From assembly GCA_036785375.1 (NCBI GenBank), contig JAWMAR010001141.1, positions 124,001 to 188,000 of the forward strand: a stretch of DNA of 64,000 bases, in the 5' to 3' direction. Within the stretch, counting starts at the first letter, position 1. The number at the start of each line of letters is the position of its first letter. Source of the stretch: Leucoraja ocellata. Its lineage: Eukaryota. Below are positions 49,763 to 61,447 of the stretch, piece by piece. The position numbers and the translations under genes are program-made. The notes beneath the pieces are model-generated. The model made no database searches. It saw nothing but the letters and a program-made list of their open reading frames with translations, and was not told the origin of the DNA.

Positions 49763-52230
49763 TTAGTCTTTGCTCAAAGTCAACTCTGTGTAGAAGGGTT
49801 TCCACAAGAGTGAGGGAGATGTGGGTGGGATTTGGGGAACCCTGTGGTTGTACAGGATACGTATATGGAGAGGGTGTCTCCAGTAGTTGGAAAGTCTGGG
49901 GACAGAGAACACAGCCCCAGAAGAAAAGGACGTACCTTTGGAAAGCAGATGAGGAGGAATTTCTTTAGCCCGAGGATGGTGAATCAGTGGAATTCATTGG
50001 CACAGACAGCAGTGGAGACCAAGTCACTGGGTATTTTTAACGCGAAGATTGATAGGTTCTTGATTAATAAGGGCGTCAAAGGGGGAGAAGGCAAGAGGAT
50101 GGAGTTGAGGGGGAAACATAAATCAGCCATGATTGAATGGCGGAGCAGACTCGATGGGCCGAATGCCCCAATTCTGCTTCGATGTCCTATAGTCTTATAG
50201 TTTAAGATCTCGCATCCCATAAGAGGTGGTTGTGAGCTATGTGGTGGGATCAGAATTAATGCTGGGCCTTCAATGGCCTTCATTCTACTGCTCTCTGTCG
50301 GTATAGATACAGCCGACACCAGGGGAACCATCTCTCTGATGGGAAAGGAAATCTTAAAAATATTTACTCGCTCAAAAATCAGGAACAATGTTCTACTCAG
50401 CTCCCCAAACCTGCTCTGTCTGCCCTTTAATAAGCTCCTGACCTCAGCCGCTGTCTGTGTGGAGTTTGCACGTTCTGCCTGAGACCACGTGGGTTTCCTT
50501 TGGGTGCTCCGGTGTCATGGAACAAAGAACAGTACAGTACCGTTAGAGACCCTTCGGCCCACAATATGTATGTGCCGAACATGATGCCAGGTTAAACGGA
50601 TCTCATCTGCCTGCACGTGATTCCCTGCCATTCCATGTCCCTATTTAAAAGCCTGTTAAATGCGACTATCATATCTAAAAAGAATGCCCACATCCCAAAA
50701 ACGTGCGGATTCGTAGGTTAATTGGTTTCCGTAAATTGCTTCTAGTGTGTAGGACGTGGATGTGGAAATGGGATAACATAGAACTAGAGTGAATAGCTGA
50801 TCGATGGCCGGCATGGACTAAATGTGCCTGTATCTATGCTGCATGTTTCAATCAATCGATCAAGATCGTTACCCCAACAGTCCCCCTATAGCCTTTCATA
50901 CCCCTGCTCATCAGACCGTTCTTCTTAAAATGTAGTCATAGGTTCCACTTCCACTTCCAAGGAAGAACATTCCGAAGACTTAATAGCATCTGAGAGAAAA
51001 TAACTTCCTCTCATCTCAGTCTTAAATGAACGCCCCTTGTTTTTAAACATGGACTCCAAATTCTAGACTATTCCCACAAGAGGGAGCAATCTCCCCATCT
51101 CCAGATTTAAGGATGTTCCACTTTTCATTAAGTTACCTTTCAGTCTTCTGAGGTTCAGTGGATATGCAATTCTGGACCAGACCAAAATTTTCTTAACAAA
51201 GACAACCCTTTATTCTATTAAGTTCTTTGAACTGCTTCAACTGTGGCCTGGACTAGAAGGCACGAGTGATGGGAGGAAATTGGATAAGTTGTGTCTGTTT
51301 TCCCTGGCAAAGGAGGCTGACAAGATAGAGAGATATATGAAATAATGAGAGGCCCAGTATTGTAGAGAGCCACAGTCTGTTTCTCATAGTGGAGGTGTCA
51401 AAAACTAGAGGGCACATTTTTAAGGTGAGAGGGAGGAGGTGAGTAACTTGGAGAGTAGTTGGTATCTGGAATAAGCTGCCAGAGTGTGTACTGGAGGCAG
51501 GAATACTACAAGGTAACTAAATGAATATTTGAATGAGCAAGACATTGAAATTTAGTTCAGAAATACAGCACAGAAACAGGCCTTTCGGCCCACTGAGTCA
51601 GCGACTCCCATACACTAGCAGCTATATTTAAGAGGGAGTTAGATGTGGCCCTTGTGGCTAAAGGTATCAGGGGGTATGTAGAGAAGGCAGGTACAGGATA
51701 CTGAGGTGGATGATCAGCCATGATCATATTGAATGGCGGTGCAGGCTCGAAGGGCCGAATGGCCTATTCCTGCATCTATTTTCTATGTTTCTAAGTATCC
51801 GAACACTAGGAACAATTTACAATGCATACAGGATTAACCAATTAACCAACCAACCTGCCGTCTTTGGAATGTGGGAGGAAACCAGAGATCCCTGAGGAAA
51901 CTCACGCAGGTAACAGGGAGAATGTATAAACTCCGATCAGACAGCACCTCTAATCAGGATCGAACCCGAGTCTCTGACACTGTAAGGCAGCAACTCTGCC
52001 GCTGTGCCGCCCTGCCATCCCAAGCTATTTGGAATTAATACAGTGAAGTGTATAGGTACACAGGTACAATGGTCAGGATAGACATGTTTGGCTAAAGGGC
52101 CTGTTTCTATGCTGTACAACTCCAAGATTCTTTGACCATACTTTATTGATATCCTTCTTTCAATATTTAGCGCAATATAGTCCATTTGTTATTTTTTGTG
52201 CAGAATGACAAAAATATATTTGATGTTTAC

Positions 52231-52267
52231 CTTAGTCTTTCTTTGTCCGAAGGAAGTAGCGCTTGAG
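52231..52267 (-). CDS. Gene B exon 3, short stalk (AQALLPSDKERL)
   Basis: ttttaccag acceptor, AAG|GTAAAC donor, phases 1/2 fit both neighbours. Confidence 0.75.
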
Positions 52268-52933
52268 CTGGTAAAATGTATGAAAACATAATTTTATCTT
52301 TCACTATTTCACCAACATTGAGTTGTGGATTTACTGTTATAATGCAACACAAACAGAAAGAACATCCTAATAAATTAACAAGTGAAGGTAGAGAGAGAAA
52401 ACAAACGGAGTGACAAAGAAATCAGTGAACTGCAGGTCAGACCTTGATCTTTTAATTGTTTTCTTTCTCTCCTAATGTCTTTGTTAATCTATTAACAAGG
52501 TGGCTTCATAAACAGTGTCCTTTGATTCTCCAGATGGGTTTCTGTGGGTCTTCAATCTACAGCAGGTGAGCCGGGCCAGATTCAAGCTGCGTTCTTGCGG
52601 GCAAGTGCAGATGATTCCATTATGTTACTGCCTTGTCTGCTCATGTTCATAAGTTATATTAGCAGGATTAGGCCAGTCGGCCCATCAAGTCTACTCCACC
52701 ATTATATCATGGGTGATCTATGTGTTGTAAATGGTGGAAAGGCTTTGGGAGGTCGGGAGATGAGGTACAAGAAAACCCCACCTTTCATCCAAATTTTAAA
52801 ACCAAAAGTATGAATCGCACTGGAAAAAAAGACTCAAAGTGCTGGAGTAACTCAATGGGTCAGGCAGCATCTCTGGAGAACATGGATATGTGATGTTTCG
52901 GGTTAGGTCCCTTATTCAGACTTGACCTGAAAC

Positions 52934-53433
52934 TAGGGTTGCCAACTGTCCCGTATTAGCCGGGACATCCCGTATATTGGCATAAATTGGTTTGTCCCGT
53001 ACAGGACCACCCTTGTCCCATATTTGACTGTTACTACTCGGGTCGGGTGGATTGTCGGGTCGGGGCGTCCGGCCCTGTCTCACCCGTCCAGACGTAGTGC
53101 AGCCCATGGAGTGCAGCAGCAGCGCCTCGCCCGTGGCCCCGTTGTTCGGCAGCCCGGCCAGCTGTCCGACCTTCCGAACTTGGTTTACCGCCGTCACCAC
53201 CACCCCTCCTTCTCATGGCCGATCATCGGTTCATGAGTTGGACGGAGTGCCGGACTTTGCGCGCGAAGGCACGCAGCCCGGGCCAAAACTCCTCAGCTGG
53301 CCCACCGGCCGGGCTTTGTGTGCAGTGCAGCACCCGGGCCAACTCATCATTCACCCACCAACGGCTCAGTCGCTCAACGAATTGCCATTGGGGATTTGTC
53401 CCTCATTTGGGAGTGAGAAAGTTGGCAACCCTA
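52934..53433. mobile_element. hAT-like non-autonomous DNA transposon
   Basis: TIR TAGGGTTGCCAAC/GTTGGCAACCCTA and 8-bp TSD CCTGAAAC/CCCGAAAC. Confidence 0.85.
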
Positions 53434-53910
53434 CCCGAAACATCACCTATTCATGTTCTCCAGAGAGGGCATAAATTTAAAATGAAGGGGGAGAGCTTTG
53501 TTAGGATTCTGAGGGGCACCTTTTTCACACAAAGGCGGATGGGTTTATGGAATGAGTTGCTGGAGGAGGTAGTTGAGGCAGGTACTATCGCTACGTTTAA
53601 GAAGCAATTGGACATGTGTAGGACAGGTTTAGAGGGATTTTGGCAAAACACAAGCAAGTGGGACTAGTATGGATGGGACATGGGTCAGTTGGGCTGAAGG
53701 GCCTGTTTCCACACTGTTATGACTCTATGACTCCTTGACTATGCTGGCTGACCCATGGAGTTACTTCAGCAGTTTGTATCTTTTTTTGGGGAGAAACTAG
53801 CATCTATATTAATGTTCCATGTTCAGTTTAGTGTCCAACCATATGCTTAGTTGAACAAAAATATAGAGACAAATTGCATATATATGAATGAACACAAATC
53901 TACATCTTAC

Positions 53911-54246
53911 CTTCACGAACATTAAGCTCCACAGGATATAATGGGTCCAGAAGGTGATACCTTTCTATTCCACACCAATACCAGCCCTTGTCGGCGTTTG
54001 TTAGTCTCTCCATTCGGATTTTAAGTTCTCCTTTGTTATTATCAGCTGTTATCGTTATTCTGCCATCTTTGCTTTTCCTCACAAGGCCCTGTGTTTGAAC
54101 TAAAATCACGCAGCTTCGTCGATAGTATCCTTTGCACCAGTACTTCTGTTCGCTGCTGAAGTGCTTGTTGAATTTGCATGTGATTTCCACTACGTCTCCC
54201 ACGATTCCAGTTGCCACGCTCGGCCCATTGATGTCGGCGTGTGTCA
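53911..54246 (-). CDS. Gene B exon 2, Ig V-set domain of CD300/pIgR type
   Basis: ORF 53900-54271 gives ITC...KYWCKGYYRRSC (extra C-x7-C)...DKGWYWC; acceptor ctctcag and GAAG|GTAAG donor, phase 1/1. Confidence 0.95.
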
Positions 54247-54334
54247 CTGAGAGGTCAAAAACATGCATCAAATGTACAAGAGGGGAACGCTGCTACTGTT
54301 GGGCGCTAATGAGCTCCTTTGATGGTGACACATG

Positions 54335-54835
54335 TTTTCTTTTTAAACCAAAAATAATTTTAATCAACTATTTACCAAAATACACACAAAAATACAAACA
54401 ACCCACTGCCGTAACACAAAATAAAGTAAATATTCTTCAATATGAAATCACTATTTTCGTATCCTTATCGAGGATACATTCCACCCCACACAGTGCCCAG
54501 CGGTCCTGGAAATCCCCCAGGGTACCCGTGGACAGCGTGTAGTCCCTCTCTAGTACTACCCGGGCGCGGACGTAACCCCACAAAAGGATCAGGCAGCCAG
54601 CTCGGGCGGAGCACCCCTTCTGCCTGTCGCTGTGATTTGCGGATGGCCAGCTTGGCCAGGCCTAGGAGCAACCCAACCAGGACATCTTCGGCCCTCCTAC
54701 CCTCTCCCCTAACCAAAAACGAGGATGGTGGGGGTGAAGTGCGGGCAGAAGACGAGGAGCAGCCCCTTCAGGTATTGGAACAGGGGCTGCAACGTCACAC
54801 ACTCCATGTACACGTGGAACACAGACTCAGGCGGC
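54335..54835 (-). mobile_element. Tx1/L1-clade LINE ORF2 3' fragment
   Basis: ESVFHVYMEC..LQPLFQYLKGLLL and LLLGLAKLAI motifs, A-rich 3' end. Confidence 0.7.
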
Positions 54836-54882
54836 TGGTGACCAGCGAGTTGGCGACCAATGGTGGGGTACAGTATTGGCTG

Positions 54883-54981
54883 TAGGCTGTGGTGTCGTAC
54901 ATGTGGAGTACAGCCTAGGCTGTGGTGTCGTACACGTGGAGTACAGTCTAGGCTGTGGTGCTCTACACATGGTGTACTGCC
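54883..54981. repeat. 33-bp minisatellite, 3 copies
   Basis: TAGGCTGTGGTGTCGTACAYGTGGAGTACAGYC units start at 54883, 54916 and 54949. Confidence 0.9.
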
Positions 54982-57900
54982 TTGGAGAAACTCGATGGGT
55001 CAGGCAGCATCTCTGGAGAACATGGATATGTGATGTTTGGATCGGGACCCTTCAGACTTGAGCCAAAGCATCACCTGTCCATGTTCTCCAGAAAAACAAA
55101 GCAATTGACTATACCTAGGTACAAGTGGCAATAAAGTATCATTCATTCATTAAAGAAGTGAGGGTTAGCAGGGACAGGTTGGGCTGAAGGGCTTGCTTCC
55201 AGGTCATCTTAGCCTCTCTTATCTTGCACCTGGTCTGACTGTTTGACTAACAATTGATTACTTCTGCATTTCTGTCCAAAACCAAATTGCAGACAGTTTG
55301 ATGTTCTAGTTTGCATTTTCTCCCTGTGACCTTGTGATTTGTAGGTTTATTGGCCACCATAAGTTGCCCCCTAGTGCGTAGGGAATGGATGAGAAAGTGG
55401 GATAACATAGAACTAGTGTGAATAGGTAATCAATGGTCGCCATGGACTCAGTGGGCTGAAGGGCTTGTGTCCATGCTGTATCTCTGAAACTAAAACTAAA
55501 TGTATGGTTTTGCTGAAAATACAATCTTAATGGAAGTGATTATAGTTGCAAAGTTTTTAGGTCCATTTGTTTTCAAATGCAAATGGACATGATCTCACTT
55601 TCAGTAAAGAACCATAGGGTCATACGGTGTGGAAGCAGGCCCTTCGGCCCAACTTGCCTGTGTTGACCAGCATGCCCCATCTACACTTGTCCCACTTGCC
55701 TGTGTTTGGCCCATCTCCCTCTAAACCTGTCCTATCCAATTACCTGTCCAATTGTTCCTTAAACATTGAGATAGTCCCTGCCTCAACAACCATTGAACCA
55801 AATGACACTAAATACCCCAGAGAGAATGGAAGCGTACAAAATGTGCACCCACTACTGATTTGTGCGAGTCATTCTTTAAAAAATGTCCCATTGCATTGTC
55901 AATTCAGGGTGACCAGTGTAGAATGGCACATAGAAACATCAGAAAGAGTAGTCCTTTTATGTAGTCTGGCGTTCCACTTCAGGAAGACTCCTCCCAGACT
56001 AATATCCTCCTCATTTACCCGTTCAATATGAAATGTGCATTAGCATTATCTTGTCCCTGGCACCTTCAATGGTGATCATAGACGTTTCTTCAGTACTTGT
56101 GGTCCATTACCTAGCTAATCTGTTAAGAACATTTTGCAAAGGCTGTGGGTAATCCAAGAAATGACATTTTAAGTTAAAACTGGATCCATGTAAATCAAAA
56201 ACTAGATCAACTAGATGGGAGGTGTCGAGCAGTCTTGACTCCCATCTACTGCATTGGAGACCTTTGAACTGTCTTTTTCTTGCACTAAACATTATTCCCT
56301 TTATCCCATATCTGTACACTGGATGGTTTGATTATAGTCTTTTTGCTGACTGGATAGCATGCAACACAACTTGCAAGCTTTTCACTGTACTTCGGTACAC
56401 GTGACATTAAGAAACTAAACTAAACCCTAGGAGATTTAGGGATTCTATGAATCCAACAAATAATTTAAATTCACCTCTGAGATCTGCCATCTCATCTCTT
56501 CCTCTTTCTGTCTTTTAGCACAATTCTATCATGAAAAAATACGTTGATTGATTCTGTCTGACTAAATAGGTTGAACTCAGAGAAATTCTATTTGGAAATT
56601 ACAATATTAACAGAAGAACGATCACACATACAGTGCCATTCATTGTTCAAAGTTGTTTCAAAGTGTTTCATAACCAATAAATATTTTTTCAACTGCATTT
56701 TAATAGAACACAGCATGAAGAACAGTGCAGTTCAGGAACAGGCCCTTCGGCCCACAATGTCTGTGCTGAACATGATGCCGAAGGGCCTGTTTTCACGTTG
56801 TATATCTACACTAGAACTAAACCCAAATCCTGAACAAGTTTGGCCTGTCGGTAATAATTAAGCAATTTCATTTCATGTAATTCAGCTCAGCAGAATTATT
56901 TATAAATTCTTTAAACTAATCGGCTCGTGAATGGTTTTGACAGATGCAATCGAACAAAAATTCCCCGATCAAAACAAGAGTGTACAAAGTTGCTTCAATT
57001 AAACCTCATTGCATTCATGCAGGGGCTCATTACTACTGGTCAGCAATGCCAGAAACAGGTCGCCATATTAGACTACCACTTTATATGGATAATGACTGGC
57101 TGCTGTAGTTGTACTATGGTTAATATTAATGTTAAAAGATAATGCGGTTAGCTAATGTAGAACATGGAAAAGAGCCGTATAGGGACAGGCCCTTCAGCCC
57201 ACAATGTCTGTGCTGATCATGATGCCAGGATATTATATGTGTAGGAAGGAACTGCAGATGCCAGTTTAAATCAAAGATAGACAAAAGAGGCTGGAGTAAC
57301 TCGACGGGTCAGGCAGCATTTCTGGAAAAAATGAATAGGTGAAGTTTTGGGTTGAGACCGTTCTTCAGACTGAGAGTCAGAGGAAAGGGAAACGAGAGAT
57401 ATAGATGTTGATATAGAGAGATAGAGAACAAATAAATGAAATATATGAAAGCTATGATCATTGTTACATTTTTGCATATCTTTCATTCGACCCAAAACAT
57501 CACCTATTCCTTTTCCCCAGAGATGCTGCCTGTCCCGCTGAGTTACTGCAACTTTTTGTGTCTAGCCAGGATACACCCCTCCATTCCTTTTATCCCCTTG
57601 CACCTATCTAAAAGCCTCTTCAAATCCCAACAAAAATCTGTATTTTTCAATCCAGTTTTAAATTTCTTAATTTTCCATTACAGGAAATGAAAGCTTTTAA
57701 ACTACATTTAAACATGTTTGTTTTTTTTTCTCCCATGATTCTCCAAACTTTGCACAAAAATTGACGTTTTAAAAAAAAAACCTTTATTCTCACAATTATG
57801 CTCTCCCTGATAGGTCTCAACCCAAAATGTCATCCATTCCTTCAACCCAGAAATGCTGCCTGTCCCGCTGAGTTACTCCAGCAGTTTGTGTCTATCTTCT

Positions 57901-58132
57901 GCGTAAACCAGCATCCGAGGTTCCTTCCGACACACACAATTACATTTCTCTGAGAGTTAAAAATGAAACTTTATGAATTTAAAAGAAAATTCCATGCTGA
58001 AGGGCAGTTGAAGGATATTTTGTACCGATGAACCGAATGTTGCGAGCAATTCCAATAGATCCTTGGTCAGACAGATACAAATCCAAATTTACAACACTTA
58101 AAAAAATCCAAGCAAGGCAATGGTTTTCTTAC

Positions 58133-58172
58133 CTGAGAGAAAAACAACGGACAGGAGAAGAGTAAGACCCAT
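58133..58172 (-). CDS. Gene B (CD300/pIgR-like inhibitory receptor) exon 1, signal peptide MGLTLLLSVVFLS
   Basis: ATG in GAAATGG context, hydrophobic leader, CAG|GTAAG phase-1 donor in frame with the V exon. Confidence 0.85.
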
Positions 58173-58236
58173 TTCTAATTACTCTTGTTAACTCCACTTT
58201 AAAAGCAGCTCTTTCGTCTGAGGTCCTACTTCTGTG

Positions 58237-58262
58237 CAGCTGTGTGTAAACTTCCACTTCCC
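58237..58262 (-). promoter_or_regulatory. Putative proximal promoter of gene B: tandem ETS/PU.1-like GGAAGT sites and E-box CAGCTG
   Basis: GGGAAGTGGAAGT and CAGCTG 65-90 nt upstream of the ATG; short motifs, function inferred. Confidence 0.35.
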
Positions 58263-58798
58263 CTCCACACTTGCAAGACCATGACCTCAACTCAAATGGA
58301 GAATAGAAAGTGCAACTTCTTGTTTTGATAGCCTCAGATTTAGCCCCATAAATCAGTACCAAGGCATCCATTGTACAATGCCCAGGCCCCTGTGAAAGCC
58401 TAATTGTTTGCTTTCTGAGCCTTGTTGGAAGAATTGAATCCACTGTGTGATTGTTCGTGACGAAAAGACTGTTGCAAGTAGAGTTAAAAATCTTATGGCT
58501 GTTGCAATCCCTATTAAATGCTTCAAATCCTGCATAATGCATTTGGTACGATGAGCTCTGCTGAAAAAATTGCCGAACAAATTTACATCTAAACTCATTA
58601 TCATTCTTGGGATTATTTATTGTGGATGGGCCGAGATGTGAGGATGGCTGGATAGGCTGGGTCTTTTATAACTGGTTTGCTGGAGGCTGAGAGGAGACCT
58701 TTACTATGCTTTACTTTAGAGATACTTTACAGATACAGCACTGAAACAGGCCCTTCGGCCCACCCAGTCCGCGCCGACTAGCGATCCCCATACACTTG

Positions 58799-59001
58799 TG
58801 CCCCTGTCCCATTTAGGAAACCTGAACGGAAACCTCTGGAGACTTTGTGCCCCACCCAAGGTTTCCGTGAGGTTCCCGGAGGTTTTTGTCAGTCTCCCTA
58901 CCAGCAACCACCTGCAGCCTCCGGGAACCGCAAGGAAACCTTGGGTGGGGCGCAAAGTCTCCAGAGGTTTCCGTTCAGGTTTCCTAAGTGGGACAGGGGC
59001 A
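58799..59001. mobile_element. PIF/Harbinger-like MITE, family 1, inserted in an HE1 SINE
   Basis: Near-perfect ~85-bp TIRs TGCCCCTGTCCCA(T/C)TTAGGAAACCTGAACGG... Confidence 0.85.
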
Positions 59002-60616
59002 TAACACTATCCTACACACATGCGGGACAATTTATAATTTTACCAAAGCCAATTCACCTACAAACCTGCACGTCTTTGGAGTGTGAAAGGAAACTGGAGC
59101 ACCCGGTGAAATCTCACGCAGTCACGGGGAGAATGTACCAACTCCATATGGAAAATACAGTCAGCATTGAACCCGGCACTGTAAGGCAGCAACTCTACCA
59201 CTGTGCCACCTTGATAGAACTACAGTATATATAGTTGTGAGTGGCCGAAATACGGTAGACGGTTAGAACCTTTTTGCCCAGGGTAGAGATTTCAAGGACT
59301 AGTGGGAAGAGCTTTAAGGTGAGGGGGGAGAAAATTCAAAGGCGATGTGCGGGACAAATTTTTCCACAGAGTGTGTTGGGTGCTTTGAATGCACTGCCAG
59401 AAGTGGTGGTGGAGACAGACACAAGAATGGCTTTTAAGAGGCACATGGATCTGCAGGGAACGAATGGCTATAGATCATGTGCAGACAGAGGAGAATAGTT
59501 TAACACGGCAATTTTCTCCGGGTGCTCCGGTTTCCTCCCACACTCCAAAAACGCACAGGTTTGTAGGTTAATTGGCTTCGGTAAAAATAGTAAGTTGTCC
59601 CTCGTGTGTAGGATAACACTCCTGCTTGCTAGTCAGCATGGAGTCGATGGGCCAAAGGGCCAGTTTCCGCGCTGTTTCTCTAAAGTCTAAAAGTCTAAAG
59701 ACTCAGTGAAGCCAGCTGGTGGCCGCTCACCCCGCCCCTGTGAACTTTCCCGTCATACTGTAGCTATTTCTGTGCTTCTCTCCCACGCACTTCCTGTTCA
59801 TTTCTGATTTACAAGCAGTTTGGCTTACTCCTATTGAGTCATATAGCACAGGGCCTTTGACCCAACTTGCCCATGCTGACCAAGATGCCCCATCTAACCT
59901 AGGCCCATTTGCCCACATTTGGCTCATATCCCTCTAAACCTTGTTCAGATATCTATTGCTAGCCCTAGTTTATCCTGGTCTTTTCATGGTTGCAGGTCCC
60001 CTCTCCCTCCATAATCAGCCTGGGGAAGGATCATTTGGACTGGTACATGGCTAAGGTAGGTCTTGCGGAATATGGGCCAAACACAGGCAGGTGGGACTAG
60101 CCTAGACGAGACATGTTGGTTTTCATGGACAAGTTGGGCCAAAGGGCCTGTTTCAATGCTGTATGATTCTAGGATTCTGTCCCAACCTGAACGGTCACAT
60201 ATCCATTTTCTCTGGAGATACGGCATGTCCCACTGAGTTACTGCAGCATTTTGTGTTTACCTTTGGTATACACCAACATCCTTTTTATTACGTTGCCTAT
60301 TTCCTTCGCTCCATAGATGCTGCTGCACCCGCTGAGTTTCTCCAGATTTTTTGTGTACCATCCTTTTTATTACATTCCCTCTCAACCTTTTCTTTTCTTT
60401 CTTACAATGGGTCTCAGTAATAGAACTCTGTTGTAACTTCGGGACTCGCACGGTAACTTTGATAGGACTTACAATGAAGACCACATTTGGTGCTATAGCC
60501 ATTGACCCTAAGACATATGAGCAGAAATAGGTCATTTGGCCCATCAAGTCTATTCCGCCATTGAATCATGGCTGATCTATTTTCCTCTCTCAACCCCTAT
60601 CATAATTTCATAAGGC

Positions 60617-61447
60617 ATCGAGGGGGCGCAGTCGAGGATGGCAGACCTGCCTGCAGCTGTCGGTCCTTTCACCCTTTTAAAATTTTTTTAGTATGTTAAA
60701 AGTTCGTTTGAAGGTCTAACCTTTTTATGTGGGGGGGAGGGGGAAACTATTTTCTCTCAGTCCCTACCTGGTCGGAGATGCGGCTTTCCTGCGGGCTGTA
60801 TCTTCACCCCTTCCTCGCGGCCTATCAATGGGACTGGAGCGGCGTTTCCTGCCGGGACCGGACAGGGCTTCGGCGGAGGTGGCACAGCGCTGGAACGCCA
60901 TCGCGGAGCGGGCGATGCCTTGCCTGGGTCGCCGTGCGATGGGCTCTGGAGTGCTGAGACCGCCAACTGCCAACATCGCAGAGTTGTCATTGCAGAGATT
61001 ACAGCTGCGGGTGGCGCTGACTTGAAACACCGCGGAGCATGGGAACTCTCGCCGAGATCGCCAGTGTCGGAGCTCCGACCAGCGAGGCATGTGGACTTCG
61101 GGAGCCGTGGTCTCTGGCAGCAAGCTCCAGTTCCAGACGCTCCAAGCCGCTGAAGAGTGTTCTCCCGACGCCGAAGCCCCATCATCCGGCGAGAGGGCCT
61201 GTAACATCGGACCGTCGTTGCGGCTACTGCGGAGGCCTCAATAGGCCCGACCACGGGTGAACAAGGGGAAGAGAACTGGACTTTGTGCCTTCCCTCACAG
61301 TGGAAACCATTGTAGAGGGATGTTTTTATGTTGTATGTTCAATTCTTTTTAATATGGTGTCTTACTTTTATTGGTGTGCTGCAAATGGCAACTCAAATTT
61401 TATTACGCCAGAAATGGCGAATGTGGCAATAAATGTCCTTTGTCCTT
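60617..61447 (+). mobile_element. GC-rich non-autonomous retroelement, copy 3, (TGTCCTT) tail
   Basis: Same core as copies 1 and 2 with a different 3' tail. Confidence 0.72.

Noticed and set aside
54883-54981. CRISPR-like array
   Set aside because: Contiguous tandem units with no unique spacers, in a vertebrate genome; it is a minisatellite.
58129-58542. 137-aa ORF upstream of gene B
   Set aside because: It overlaps the leader exon in another frame and has no recognisable domain.
60764-60790. U1 snRNA 5'-end similarity (TACCTGG..GGAGAT) in the GC-rich repeat core
   Set aside because: Only two short blocks match with wrong spacing; it is equally explained as an antisense splice donor or chance.
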